A stretch of 64,000 nucleotides of DNA. Source: Octopus vulgaris. Its lineage: Eukaryota. The stretch lies in contig OX597819.1 in NCBI GenBank assembly GCA_951406725.2, forward strand, positions 4,650,001 through 4,714,000, read 5' to 3'. Made by a program: the position numbers and the translations under genes. A model generated the notes under the pieces. It searched no databases and had not been told where the DNA came from. It worked only from the letters and a program-made list of their open reading frames with translations. Shown piece after piece: positions 11,209 to 24,350 of this stretch. Each line of letters begins with the position of its first letter. The first letter of the stretch is position 1.

Positions 11209-12079
11209 TTGTTGATTATGTGCTACGTATGTCAGTTAATACAATCTCTGGCAAGGGCTTTGAAATAAAACCAAGAAGAAGTTCCAGACACCCAGCTGAG
11301 TACTTGACAGACATTGACTTTGCTGACGACATCGCTCTTATCAGTGATTCTCTCTCCAATGCCCAGTCTCTTTTACAATCTCTTGAACAAGCCTCAAATT
11401 GTGTAGGTCTTTACCTCAATGAGGCCAAAACTGAATACATAAACAAGTGCCTGTCCAACAGTGATTGCATCATCCATACTCTCAACAATGCGCCCTTAAA
11501 TATGGTTTCTGATTATAAATATCTTGGGTCATACATATCATCATCTGGAAAAGACTTTCTAACTAGAAAGGGTATGGCCTGGTCAGCCTGTAATGACATG
11601 CATAAGATCTGGTCATCAAATCTAAGTAGAGACTTCAAACTTGAAATCTTCAAAGCCACAGTCGAACCAATTCTACTATATGGCTCAGAAACCTGGACAC
11701 TATCAAAGAAGCTTGAGAGGCGGTTGGATGGAACCTACACTCGCCTCCTTATGAGAGCTCAAAATCTCTCGTGGAAGCGCCATCCAACCAAAATGCAAAT
11801 ATATGGGAAACTACCACCTGTGTCATCTCTTGTGAAAGGTAGGAGAGTCCAGTTTGCTGGACATTGTTGTAGAGCTGAAAAAGAGGTAATTTCTCCTCTT
11901 CTCCTCTGGAAGCCATCTACTCGCAATACCAGAGGGCGCACACTCTCCTACCCTGATGTAATCTCCAGGGATACAGGCATCCAGCAACAGGACCTCCGTA
12001 ATGCCATGATGGACCGTGAAGTCTGGCGTAGCATGGTAAATTCCATTGTCTCGACCACGGTCGAACAATGATGATGATG
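11209..12079 (+). mobile_element. 5'-truncated RTE-clade LINE with (TGA)n tail and 11-bp TSD
   Basis: TSD AAGCTACGAAG at 11198-11208 and 12080-12090. Confidence 0.9.
11220..12071 (+). CDS. RTE-type reverse transcriptase C-terminal fragment (283 aa)
   Basis: DIDFADDIAL, GLYLNEAKTE, YKYLGS, LLYGSETWTL, FAGHC, DREVWR; open frame to the tail. Confidence 0.85.
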   Translation: MLRMSVNTISGKGFEIKPRRSSRHPAEYLTDIDFADDIALISDSLSNAQSLLQSLEQASNCVGLYLNEAKTEYINKCLSNSDCIIHTLNNAPLNMVSDYKYLGSYISSSGKDFLTRKGMAWSACNDMHKIWSSNLSRDFKLEIFKATVEPILLYGSETWTLSKKLERRLDGTYTRLLMRAQNLSWKRHPTKMQIYGKLPPVSSLVKGRRVQFAGHCCRAEKEVISPLLLWKPSTRNTRGRTLSYPDVISRDTGIQQQDLRNAMMDREVWRSMVNSIVSTTVEQ

Positions 12080-12317
12080 AAGCTACGAAGACGTAAACGC
12101 ACCAACAACGGTTGTCAAGCAATCGTTGATGGGACAAACACTGACACAAAGGCACACACACGTAAATATATTCTCCTCCATACCATCTCTTGCAATGAGT
12201 GTGCGAATATGCATGTCGTTCATTGCAGCAGTGTAAACGTAGGACTGAAATATCAATCTTAGTTTCTTATTACAGCTGCTTTGTTTTTTTTTAAGTCAAA
12301 TTGTATAACTATTATTT

Positions 12318-12354
<37 letters not shown>

Positions 12355-12377
12355 ACAAACACGTAAAAAATTAATAA

Positions 12378-12627
12378 ATGCGCCCTTTTAAAGCCTAGTC
12401 AGGCTCATGGGCCCAGTTTCCCGGTTTCAATGGCGTATGTGTTCCCCAGCTGGATGGGACGCCAGTCCATCCCAGCGTTACTCATTTTTTGCCAACTGAG
12501 CGGACTGGAGCAACGTTAAATGAAGTGTTTTACTCAAGAACACAACGCGTCGCCCGATCCAGGAGTCGAAACCACAATCTTACGATCATGATGCTGACAC
12601 CCTAACCACTAAGCCACGCACCTCCAC
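12378..12627 (-). mobile_element. tRNA-derived SINE, head D with tail T2
   Basis: Head GTGGAGGTGCGTGGCTTAGTGGTTAGGG; tail ..GGGAAACTGGGCCC.. Confidence 0.8.
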
Positions 12628-12742
12628 ACACAAACACGTATATACATATAAATATGTGGATGCATGGAGAAGTCTCGGAAAAGATTTCTCTGTTCGCAAG
12701 TTCTGTTTAAAGGGTTTTATATATATATATATATATACATGC

Positions 12743-12829
<87 letters not shown>

Positions 12830-13796
12830 GAGACACTCCTACTGTAAATCTTCCTATGACTTTAAATGATATTAAGCCCACTCACACACAGATAAACAGC
12901 CACAATCACACACACACACACACAAACGTATCTTCGTTTATAGCCGAATTTCATTCACAAAGCATTGCTCGACCCGATCAACAATAGAAGCTTCGTGCTC
13001 AAGGTGCTGCTCAGTGGAATCGAGCACCTATCCAAGAGATTTACAAGTGATCATCTAAATTGATTCTTAACCAATATGCGAGCCCCAAATATTTTTCACT
13101 AGGAAGTGTGTGTTTGTGTGTGTGTGCGCAGAACTAACTTATTTTACTCTGGTCAATATTTGTCGTTAACTAACATTCCAATGTTTTAATATTAAAATAA
13201 TCACAGACCAGTCAAATGTCACATACATTGATATGATAATGAATGTATGAATAAGATCCATGACTAGTTGCGTAGTAGTGGGGTCGTGGTGATTAGAAAA
13301 CTCAGTATTAAGGTCGGGAGAATAGTAATGATGGAAATCAGCATTTACAGTACAGGTTAGTATTGTAGAGGAAACAACTATTTTGATTACGTTTCGGGTG
13401 GTCTTTTATTAAATTATGATGAGGATCAGTTTTCTGTAGATCTGTTAACGGTGATGGTGGCCAATGCTACACGACATATAAGATTACCATTTGAGACCAG
13501 CGTTACAGAGAGGGGGCAGAAAATATTATGTTGAAGCTGAAATATAAAGTAATTTTATTGAGATGAACGGACAGGAGTATAAGCTGTTCTTACACAGGTT
13601 CAATTCCAAGTCTGTTTATGTTCTTGAAAACTTTGACTGGGAGGCGGAGCAAGATTATTGCAAATTTTATTAGGGGTATAAGGGATTATGTGACTAAGTA
13701 TTTATGTGCTTTTATGTGACTTCATGCTCGAGTGTGTGGTGTGTGTTTGTTTAAATATCTATATTTCTATGCGTCTCTCTCAGTCCTCTGTGTCTA

Positions 13797-13851
<55 letters not shown>

Positions 13852-14126
13852 CGTGTGTGTGTGTGTGCGTGGATCTCTGCTAGTCTAGGTGTCGGTATGT
13901 CTTCACTGTTTCCGCTCAATCAACTTCTGGAGCTAAATTACTTCACCAGTGAAGTTAATATAATATTCTGGAATGAAAGTAAAATTTCACAACTAAATCC
14001 CCTTTTTTAATTAGCCTGTCAAGGCCACCACATTCTGTGGAAGGAAATTTGTTGAACCAACATGATCTACAAAGTCGTAGCCATATAAGCTTACACAGAA
14101 AATTGCGCCCACATATCCACGAACAC

Positions 14127-14159
<33 letters not shown>

Positions 14160-14688
14160 TGTATGTATGTATGTATGCATGCATACATACATACATACAC
14201 ACATAGCCATTCATAAGCATACAGACATTTAGTGCGCGTCTGTGAATATCTTACATTACACACATGAATAACTTGCGTAGCAACTTTTTATATATCCTAG
14301 GTTTCTCTTTATTCTTTCGTTTAATAAATGTGTATATATCATATATGCTTTTGCGTATATGCGTTTATGTATATATGTCTGTATGTGTGTGTGTGTATGT
14401 GTGTGTGTGTGTGTGTGCGTGTGTTCGGGTGTGTATTTAGACCTGAAGAATACAAACTAACCAGTATTCCTGGAATAATAATGGCGACACAATGTGTTAG
14501 TTTATATTTATATCCTAATGTTTCAGCAATGATCTGGGCGACGAAACAATTGTAGTATTATGCTGTAAAATTGTGCTGTTGAATCCATTTTCGCTTATTC
14601 ATATTTTTGTACGTACTTTACGGATATTCATGGATTTCCAGGCGTATATTCAGTGATATAATCCGTTTCACTGTTTAACAGAATTTAC

Positions 14689-14790
14689 AAGTCGATACCA
14701 GTAATTGAGTACTCTAAAGTTACAAGTTGATACCAGTAATTGAGTACCCTAAAGTTACAAGTTGTTACCAGTAATTGAGTACTCTAAAGC
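14689..14790. repeat. 35-bp tandem repeat, 3 copies
   Basis: AAGTTGATACCAGTAATTGAGTACTCTAAAGTTAC x3 with few substitutions. Confidence 0.9.
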
Positions 14791-15559
14791 ATGCTACAAG
14801 GCTTGTATCCAAATTGAATTAACATATATACATTTATGTGTGTGTGTGTGTGTATGTATGCGTGCGTGGGTGTGTGTGTGTGTGCGTGTGCGTGTGTGTG
14901 TGTGTGTGGGTTTGTGGGTGTGTGTGTGCGTGTGCACGTGTGTGTGTGTTTGTGTGGGTGTGTGGGTGTGTGCGTGTGCGCGTGTGTGTGTTTGTGTTTG
15001 TGTGGGTGTGTGTGTGTGTGCATGTATGTTTATATATATGCTTTCCGTGAATATACTTTTCGCTCGTGGATTTCGTTTTTGAACGACATCTTTCAGGCAA
15101 TGTCGACTGACAGTACACGCACGTTTCAGTGATTTATCAGTGATGCATACTCAGTCAGAGACACTTCCCAGATCTCTGAAGCTAAACCTGAATGACCCTT
15201 ATTATTTATAGAATTAAGGCCTGCTTAGTAGACATTACATTATTATGAGCACACAAAACAAGGATAATCAAAAAGTAGGACTGTGTGTATTCATTCTTCA
15301 CATGACCCCCGCAGATATGGTTGTAAATATAGTCATTGTTTTCATGAAAACAAATAAACTATGAAATAACTATAAAAGACCGAAAATACGGTAAGTTACG
15401 AAGGCCCTTTAATTTGTTGTAAATTATACATGAGCCTAGTGGCGGTGAACTTGGTGAACTTTGGATAAAATTTTTGTTTATGTGTGTTTTAGAAATTTGT
15501 GAGAATGAAAATGGTATCGTCAACTTTTAAGAATATGAAGATGAAAACTTCATAAAATG

Positions 15560-16960
15560 TAAATTTTATGCTTTAACAAGAAGGGAGTTCTGCATTCACC
15601 GCTAAAGAAGGTAAAACTTTGTATTTTATTCATTTGTAGCTCATTCGTTACGAAGACAGTAACCTGAAACGTTCTTCTGAAGAAAATCACAAAATCTTCG
15701 TATGATAATCCATCCAAATAAAAATTAAAGAAAACTGTTAAAATCATCACGAGTGGCTGTGTGGTAAGTAGCTTGCTTACCAACCACATGGTTCCGGGTT
15801 CAGTCCCACTGCGTGGCACCTTGGGCAAGTGTCTTCTACTATTGCCTCGGGCCGACCAAAGCCTTGTGAGTGGATTTGGTAGACGGAAACTGAAAGAAGC
15901 CCGTCGTATATATGTATATATATATATATGCGTGTGTGTGTGTTTGTGTGTCTGTGTTTGTCCCCCTAGCATTGCTTGACAACCGAGGCTGGTGTGTTTA
16001 TGTCCCCGTTACTTAGCGGTTCGGCAAAAAGAGACCGATAGAATAAGTACTGGGCTTACAAAAAAGAATAAGTCCCGGGGTCGATTTGCTCGACTAAAGG
16101 CGGTGCTCCAGCATGGCCGCAGTCAAATGACTGAAACAAGTAAAAGAGTAAAAGAGAGAATGATAAAAATATTCAGTCACTGCTGATAAACTTCAGTAAG
16201 GAGACCGATAAACGACAGAAACCGGTTTCGTTATGTAATGGAATATTGCTCGTGCCAAACTCTAATGACGAGTCTTCTAAGCTAAATCTTTTAGTGTTCG
16301 ATATCCAAGACACAAAACGCATCGCAGAAAGAACAGTTCCACACCACATTATAGAAAAGTGTGTTTCTCAGATGAGTTTTGATGTTACAGATAAAATGCA
16401 AAATAATTAAACGAAGTCTCTTGCATTCAGCTAAGAAGTTGACGAGTCTACAGAGATACAAAACAACCCAAAACTGGCAGTTTTTGTTCTTTGTGTTTCA
16501 TATGTTTTCTCTGATATAATGTGGAGAGGAAATATGTTGGACTTCGTAACATTAAAATAAATAATTCATGGAGCTAACATTAAAAATACTGTTGACATAT
16601 GCTAATGTTCCGCTGAATATACGCGTCAGAGTTACCACAGAGGAAGCATCTATAACAATAAAGAAAATGCAGTATTAATTGAATTTCTCTCGTTCACCGT
16701 ATTATTCAACTGGAGCCCCAGGCATTCCGATACTTCATTATGAAGCCGTTATACAATTTGTCTTTGAAACTGTCAACTTCATATGTTTAAATGCAGAGCC
16801 CGCTGACGTTTCGGAGATTTTATTCAAGAACTGGAAATTGAATATAAACTTAGTAATGTTTCATTCTTCTGCATTATCAACCAGTGATGTCTTGAATAGG
16901 TTTGTGAAACCGTTGGATCCTATAATTACGTTTCTTTTGATATACTGAATCATGTACCAA
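15560..16960 (+). mobile_element. Highly degenerate hAT (Charlie/Buster, GTF2IRD2/ZBED5-like) transposase relic, interrupted by a SINE
   Basis: Translated patches AFTAKEGKTL..SNLKR (BED-finger-like), IAERTVPHHIIEKCV, FS*EVDESTEIQNNPKLAVFV, VHRIIQLE. Confidence 0.6.
15750..16158 (+). mobile_element. SINE family B, full length, internal (TA)/(TG) microsatellite
   Basis: GAGTGGCTGTGTGGTAAGTAGC..GGTTCAGTCCC..CCTTGGGCAAGTG..tail GACTGAAACAAGTAAAAGAG. Confidence 0.88.
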
Positions 16961-17044
16961 GGAAAAGATAAAATCGTTTCTAATATTATCCAGACTGTTC
17001 AGCTTTCAGAATTGTGCTGTCAAGAGAGAATCCGTGCATGTGTG

Positions 17045-17132
<88 letters not shown>

Positions 17133-17587
17133 AGCGTGCAAGAGTGTATGTATTAAGATAATGAGTTAAAAGCCTAATTGTTGGGTGGAGATCGTGTGTG
17201 TGTAACAGAGTAAAATCTGTAGTAGGCTGGTGGTTAATTGTAGACTTGTTTTTTATTCATCACTATCATCCAACGGAGATTACTGAAATTAACTTATAAG
17301 CTAAATTAAATAGAGAATAATTTACGCTTAAATCTTATAAAATAAACACAACAGGAAACTTGAGTATCATTATAACGAAAAGTTAAAGATCATATTTATA
17401 TATATAAAGAACATGTGTGCGTGTGAAAAACTTTGTTAAACATTAGTCTATAATTTTAGTTCCTACGTACGTTTCACCATTCAGCTTGCTTGAAACCCTC
17501 TACCTAATGTTCCAAGTGCATTAGGATTTTTAACCAGAACGGATCATCAGAGAACACTGTATTACATTAAGTTACAGAGGACTAATT

Positions 17588-18000
17588 TATGTATGTATGT
17601 ATGAATGTATGTATGTATGTATGCATGTATGTATGTATGTATGTATGAATGTATGTATGTATGTATGTATGTATGTATGTATGTATGCATGTATGTATGT
17701 ATGCATGTATGTATGTATGTATGTATGTATGTATGTATGTATGTATGTATGTATGCATGTATGTATGTATGCATTATGCATGTATGTATGTATGTATGTA
17801 TGTATGTATGCATGCATGCATGCATGTATGTATGTATGTATGTATGTATGTATGTATGTATGTATGTATGTATGTATGCATTATGCATGCATACATGTAT
17901 GTATTATGCATGTATGTATGTATACATGTATGCATGTATGTATTCATGTATATATGTATAGATGTATGTATGTATCTGTATGCATGTCTGTATGTATCTA
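17588..18000. repeat. (TATG)n degenerate microsatellite
   Basis: Direct. Confidence 0.95.
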
Positions 18001-18613
18001 TATTAGTGTCAATGTGGAAAGACAAGTGGCTTGAGGATTCCTGAGGTACGAGGCCAACCAACTTCGTGGAACAGAGGCCATTGTGGAATAGAGGCCAAGA
18101 TGTCCGAGTTCATGGCGGCAACGCTGCTCTAGATGTGAATGCAGTACTCAACAGCGGACCTCAATTGAGCCCTATAGAAAGTCAGCAGCTTTTGATGCTG
18201 AAATATTTTCTGACTCTGAAGAGACGGGCCTGTCTTTGAGATGCGCCCCTAGCTATATTAAGAGTGTGTTTAACCAGGAGAGATTCTCAATACAGTGTGA
18301 CCCAGAATTTGAAGCTAGTATTTTGCAAGAATGTGAAATAGTACGTTAAAACATATACTTGGGAATGGTTATATTTTTGTCAATTAACCTCACGCGCTAT
18401 ATACTTGTTCTTCACCTCAGCAAGAGGACTAAACAGAATTAGCGGAAGCACATTGGATAGAGAGTCGCTGAAGAGGTCACAGGATGTGTGAGGAAAGATT
18501 TCAGACAAAAGATACTAAAATAAGAGTAATAATAACAAAGCTGAAGTGAAGAACAAGTATATAGTGCGTATGGTTAAGTGGCCAAAATATGACCATCCCC
18601 AATATAACAATAT

Positions 18614-18655
<42 letters not shown>

Positions 18656-19454
18656 TTGTTGTTGTTGTTGTTGTTGTCGATAATGAATATTATATGATAT
18701 CACTGACTAAACAGTCCTATAATATACGGCATTCCAGTCACGACGCTAGTGTATCTAAATTTACACTATACAATGTGTTCTGCGACAGATTTAGCTACTG
18801 TTTCCAGCATATTAAGGGAGTTCATAAAGCCCTTTCATAGATTCATGCGTGTATTTAATTTGACTTTCATACATACAAACACACATATACAAACATATAC
18901 TGTCTTGCATACATACGTATAGCTTAGCTTATACTCACGTTTGTCTTAACCATTATTATTTAATGTTTATGATAAAGCAAGCAATAAATATAATAAACAG
19001 AAACAGTATATGCTATTCTATCTGATAAATTTCATATCAAGATAGGAATAAAGAAGGTGTTTGGAGAAACGATAGTGTTATCTCCTAAATGTACTGCTTC
19101 TCTCTTTATGCCAAGGGCTGTATTTCACTATGCCTACAATTGTGTCGTAAATTTTGATTTTCAAAGAAATTATTTACTTCAGAATATGTTTTTCCTTCGT
19201 AATCATAAATTGTTTGGTCTTGTTTATTTAGCAAATTAATTAGTCGTGATTTTTAATAAATTTAAATTTCGAAGTTATCTCCCTTGTTTTTATAATAATT
19301 ATCATTAATGCTGATGAATTTTTCTGACCATTTCATTTAATCAACAATTTGTTTTAGCTTTTCAGTCAAAACTTAAATATAACATCTATATAGCAAACAA
19401 TTATTGAGGGAATTTTTTTAAAAAGAGATAAAGTTACCTACTCGAATCGTACCG

Positions 19455-19660
19455 ACTCAAAAGGGCCAGTTTCCCGATTTCATGGCGGATATGTTCATTA
19501 CTGGACGGGACGCCGGTCTGTCGCAGGATTACTCATTTTTACCGACTGAGTATATTGGGACAACGTGAAATGAAGTGTTTTGTTCAAGAACACAAGACAT
19601 CACTCGTTCCTGGAATTGAAATCACAATCTTACGACCATGAGTTCAACATCCTAACTACT
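19455..19660 (-). mobile_element. SINE head D / tail T2, degenerate
   Basis: Similar to 12410-12610. Confidence 0.65.
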
Positions 19661-20091
19661 ACAAGCTGAGTAGATTGTGTGTCGGCCTATCAATAGAAAT
19701 ATAGCAACAGTTAGCCTTTACATGGTCACCCGACCTGTTAAAATGTTAGCCAGATATCTCTGGGACCACATTCCATCGTTCTACACAAAGGAAGCCACTA
19801 TAGTTAGGGTAGTCCTAGACGCACGATATTTGGAAAACAAAAAGATGGAATAGTTATAGTTGGAATGTCTCTGATCATAAATATGCTCGATCGGGGCTGA
19901 CCTGAGTCCTATACATCATCATCATCATAATCATTAATCTGAATATTCCACTACAACTACCTGTAAACATGTACCCGCATACACACCACACACAAATACG
20001 CACACACACAAACACACACGCACACAAGCATACAACATGTAGATGAATAAATGTGTGTGTGTTAGTGTGTGTGTGTGCGTGTGTGTGTGTG

Positions 20092-20125
<34 letters not shown>

Positions 20126-21254
20126 CTTATTTGAGATTAGAAAATCCTATGTAGTTTAATTTTTATTTGTTTCTTTTTTTTTGTCTCCTTTCTCAGTTTT
20201 ATATTTATATGATTGAGATTTAGTGATCCGTAGCCAATTATTATATGAACATCTTCCACTATTCTGACTTTAGAGAACTTCCAGTTTGCCTGTCGCCTTT
20301 GGCAATATGGTAGTTGATTATTTCTAAAGAAATGTATGAGAAAAAGCATCAGACTTGGATTTTTTTTTCTGCTGCTTTATTTTACAATTATATTTCTAGT
20401 GACAGCTGCATATCGCAGATGAAGTATTACAGTTATCGGGCTTGCACAGCAACCACAGACAAGACTTCCATAATCAAGTCATAGTAATCACGCTAGAAGT
20501 AGAGAAGCGTATTATAATTCATAATCACATATAGAATACAAAAGGCATATAGGTACAAATATATAAAGCAATTATTTGTTTCCCTGCTGAGCTTACTATG
20601 TTTCGTTGAACATTTACAGTTTGCAATATTACACAGATCTTTCATTATTTTTACCTCTGCTTATATCAGCTTACAATAAGGCAACACTAATTATTTTCCT
20701 GCATTGTATGTCTATATGCATGAAACTAATACGCCAAGGAGTGAAAGGAACATCCGATGTTGACTTTAAGACCTAAAGTCAGAAATATTAACATCGTGAT
20801 ACGATCTTACAACAAACTAAATCAACTCCTCAACATGATATCATACTCACCGCTTTGCTTAAATCTGAATTACTATGATAGTATCATTCCTATTCTGCCT
20901 AGTTATAAGTTCATATTAACACGTTGAATAAAACGAGAAGTGCGACTGTACTGACTACTTCTTACCGGCTGTAGTTATGTAGACTATTTGAATCTGGGTG
21001 TAGGATTAAACTTAATCAAAGGAAGTCTTTGTTTCTTACTTAACAAACAAACTCAAGCATCCTTGATTACAGAAGCAAAACTATTGCCTGCATATTTTGA
21101 ACACAATCTTTTAGAAACATTGATACAACAACATGAAATTGCCCAACGCTTTATAGTGTTTGCCATAAATACTCAATTCTCATAATCCGTGCAATTCCAA
21201 CTATTACATATAAAGCACAATACAATGATTAGAGGTTTTCACAAATTATGATAC

Positions 21255-21560
21255 TGTAGTGGAACCTCGGTTTACGAATTTAATTCGTTCCTGAAAGTCG
21301 TTCATCATGCAAAGTGTTCGTAAATAGGAACTATTTTTTCCCATTGACAATTCAAGAGCAGGCACAACGAATTCGGGCATGGATGTGCACTGAGCGAAAT
21401 CTAGACAGCAACTGACGCTCTCCCGCCGCTGATACTCCAGCTCACCGCCAGCCGTTGTTGCTGCTTACGCGTTTGTTACTCGAGACACTTTATGTTCAAA
21501 AAATTGTTCGTAAACCGATTTGTTCGTGATTAGAGGTGTTCGCAAACGGAGGCTCCGCCT
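21255..21560. mobile_element. Tigger/pogo-like MITE
   Basis: Degenerate TIRs AGTGGAACCTCGGTTTACGAA / TTCGCAAACGGAGGCTCC with repeated subterminal TGTTCGTAAA motifs. Confidence 0.55.
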
Positions 21561-21734
21561 TATTTCTTATAGGCCGCTCATCTTACCTGTACAATTAAAA
21601 CCTATTGTTCCAAAAGCATTATTTGGTGTTGCTACTAAAAGTTAGGTGCGTTTGTTCCCATTCTATTATATTACTTATTTGGCTGTTTAAAAAAGTAGAT
21701 ATCAGAAAGCATAGTCCTAGACCATACTGCTCAG

Positions 21735-22068
21735 ACCCCCTTCTGTCATGACTGACCATGGGATTGCACCTAGAAAGTTACCCTCCCAGGCACAAGTCCG
21801 GGCAAGGTTGTTTATGGAAGACCAGCAGTCGCCCATGCATACCGGCCTCCCCTCTCCACGCCACCGATGTTATCCAAGGGAAAGGCAAAGGGGTCGATAC
21901 AGCTTGGTACCTGTGACGCTGCAATTCATTTCTACAGCTGAATTAACTGGAGCAACCTGAAATAAAGTGTCTTGCTCAAGATCACAACACGCAGCCCGGT
22001 CCGGGTTTCGAACTCACAACCTCACGATCGTAAGCTCGACGCTCTAACCACTGAGCCATGCGCCTTCA
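21735..22068 (-). mobile_element. tRNA-derived SINE, head D with tail T3 (RTE-like)
   Basis: Head TGAAGGCGCATGGCTCAGTGGTTAGAGCG..GAGTTCGAAACCC; distinct tail. Confidence 0.8.
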
Positions 22069-22548
22069 TCGTAAAAGATACATGCACATAAATACACAAA
22101 AGAAATATATACTCGTCGACGTGTATACAGGTGGTACATGTGTCTGTATGCATAAATCCATCCACAAGTAATATATAAACATATGCGTAAATATAAACAT
22201 ATACATGATCATAAACATAATCACATGCACACACACACACACACAGCCACAAAATACCCACATGAAAAACGCATATAGAATCGAAACACTATATAGCATG
22301 TTTTATATACAGAAACACAAATATTAAAACAAATGGTTGTTTTGAAAAGTGAAGATGGAAGTCAGCCAAAATGGCCGACATCAGTGAGAAAATGTGAAAT
22401 GTAAAACAGAACCTTTCGCTTACTGGTCGCTGTTATATGCCATTAAGACTGTCTCGCTGCAGTTTGCTATAATTATATAACACTAAATACCTATAACACA
22501 TTCGTATTCACTTTATTTATCAACAATCAACTCAGCTGTTATTGTTAC

Positions 22549-22589
<41 letters not shown>

Positions 22590-22601
22590 TGTTGCTGTTG
22601 C

Positions 22602-22641
<40 letters not shown>

Positions 22642-23013
22642 GCCATAGCTGAACGTGATGTAGGAGGAGCTCCGTAAGGTTGTGTTCTGTTTTCCTTTCC
22701 AAAGGATCGTAGGATTGTATTTCGTAAATTTTATTGTTTTGTTGTTGAACCGACCGGGGACTGTAAAAGGTTGGTCGCTTTCGTTTTGATAGCTATTCAC
22801 CCCGACAAGGGAAAGGTTTGAGAAAGAATTTTTTTTTCATTCAAAACAAAAATTACTATGATAGTTTCCACGCTTTCGTCTTTTCCACGGGCAACCAGTG
22901 AGACAGGAAGGTGGGAGGTGATTTTTCAAAGTGAAACTGTTGCTCATAGACACAACCTCCCACTTTATTGTGCCACATATGTGTCAATGACCAGCATCAA
23001 TAACAGCAGCATC

Positions 23014-23551
23014 AGTGGAGGCGCAATGGCCCAGTGGTTTGGGCAGCGGAATCGCGGTCGTAAGAACGCGGTTTCGATTCCCAGACCGGGCATTGTGAGT
23101 TTTTATTGGGCAAAAAACACCTAAGCTCCACGAAACTCCGGCGGTGGAGGGGATGATACCCGCAGTACTCTTTCCCCACAACTTTCTCTCACTCTTTCTT
23201 CCTACTTCAGCCGCAGAGCAGAGGAACCATGATGTAACCCACTATGGTGTGGTAAAACTTTCAGCTCCTAGTCTATATTGCGAATCCTCTGTACCCCAGA
23301 ATGGTTCAGCTCTCCACCCGTTAAAAGCCACCGTTTACAGAATGAGGATAAGAACGTAGCTTTCACGCCCATACAACCGCCAGTCTAACGCATGTGGTGG
23401 GTAGATCTTCAAGTTGCCACACGCATTATTAGTAGCTTAGAGTAGGCTCGAATTAGAGATTATTCTTTGAGGCTAATGGCGTGAGTCTTGATTGGAAGAA
23501 GAAATAAGAAAGAAGAAGAAGAAGAAGAAGAAGAAGAAGAAGAAGAAGAAG

Positions 23552-23589
<38 letters not shown>

Positions 23590-23590
23590 G
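23014..23590 (+). mobile_element. SINE head C with a different ~280-bp tail ending in (GAA)n(CAA)n
   Basis: Head matches 10735; sequence diverges after CTTTCTCTCACTCTTTCTTC. Confidence 0.75.
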
Positions 23591-24350
23591 TTAGTAGTAG
23601 ACCATACTAACGGAATGAAAAACAGGACAATGATATCTGGAATGTACTATGATCCTATGCCTATATTATCATGACTGACCTATCATCACTAGATAATTTA
23701 TCATTCACAGCGGGTAGAACGTAAAATCTGCAGCTCTATAATCTTCAAGTGACAACTCATTAGAAATATCTGACGCTATAACTGTGCTTCAAAAACGGTG
23801 TGCTATGGATTTTCAAAGATGTAATTTAAAGCTAATGAAAATCTATATTAATGCTTACGCATCTTGAAAAGTATGTTATTCATAGGTATAATTATTAAAA
23901 CAAAGCAAGCAGTAGTTTTCTGTATGTTCCTCTAATATTTCAATTTAAACTGTTTAACTTTCAATGCGAAGTGCGCCAGTAATGTTGTAATCTCCAGCTT
24001 GCCGGTAATTAACTTTGTAATTGTTTTATCTCCTGTGCTCCACGAAATCAAAAAAGATTGAATATCACTGCTCTATAATCGGCAACATGTAAGTCATGGT
24101 GGATGAGTTTGTAGCAACTGGCACAATACAGTAGCAACTCAATTATATAGTATTAGATTGTGCTATTTTCATAAAGCGTGATAACTAATCACAAAGATTT
24201 TTGTCTTCATGATTAAGTGAAATAGCAAACGAATTAAGTGCATTCGCAGTAAACACTTTTGACGAACACAAAACGTTTTTCTTCTATTATTTTGGTCTCA
24301 CATTTTTATACACCCTTGGTGACTCTTTTTAAAATCATGTTTTATATATA

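Larger units (their letters stand above)
11095..12160 (-). mobile_element. SINE family B 3' half split by an RTE LINE insertion
   Basis: 11095-11208 and 12091-12160 join into the family B tail. Confidence 0.75.

Noticed and set aside
14689-14790. 35-bp repeats as a CRISPR array
   Set aside because: No spacers, no cas genes, eukaryotic context
13706-18061. Many VC/HT/YVCM-repeat ORFs (also 31233-32700 and 47094-49267)
   Set aside because: Translations of (TG)n, (CA)n and (TATG)n microsatellites
18013-18481. Possible solo LTR (TG...CA with a TATA-like motif)
   Set aside because: No TSD, no second copy, no PBS or PPT seen
20332-20484. Short ATG-initiated ORF of about 50 aa
   Set aside because: No recognisable motif or splice support; expected by chance
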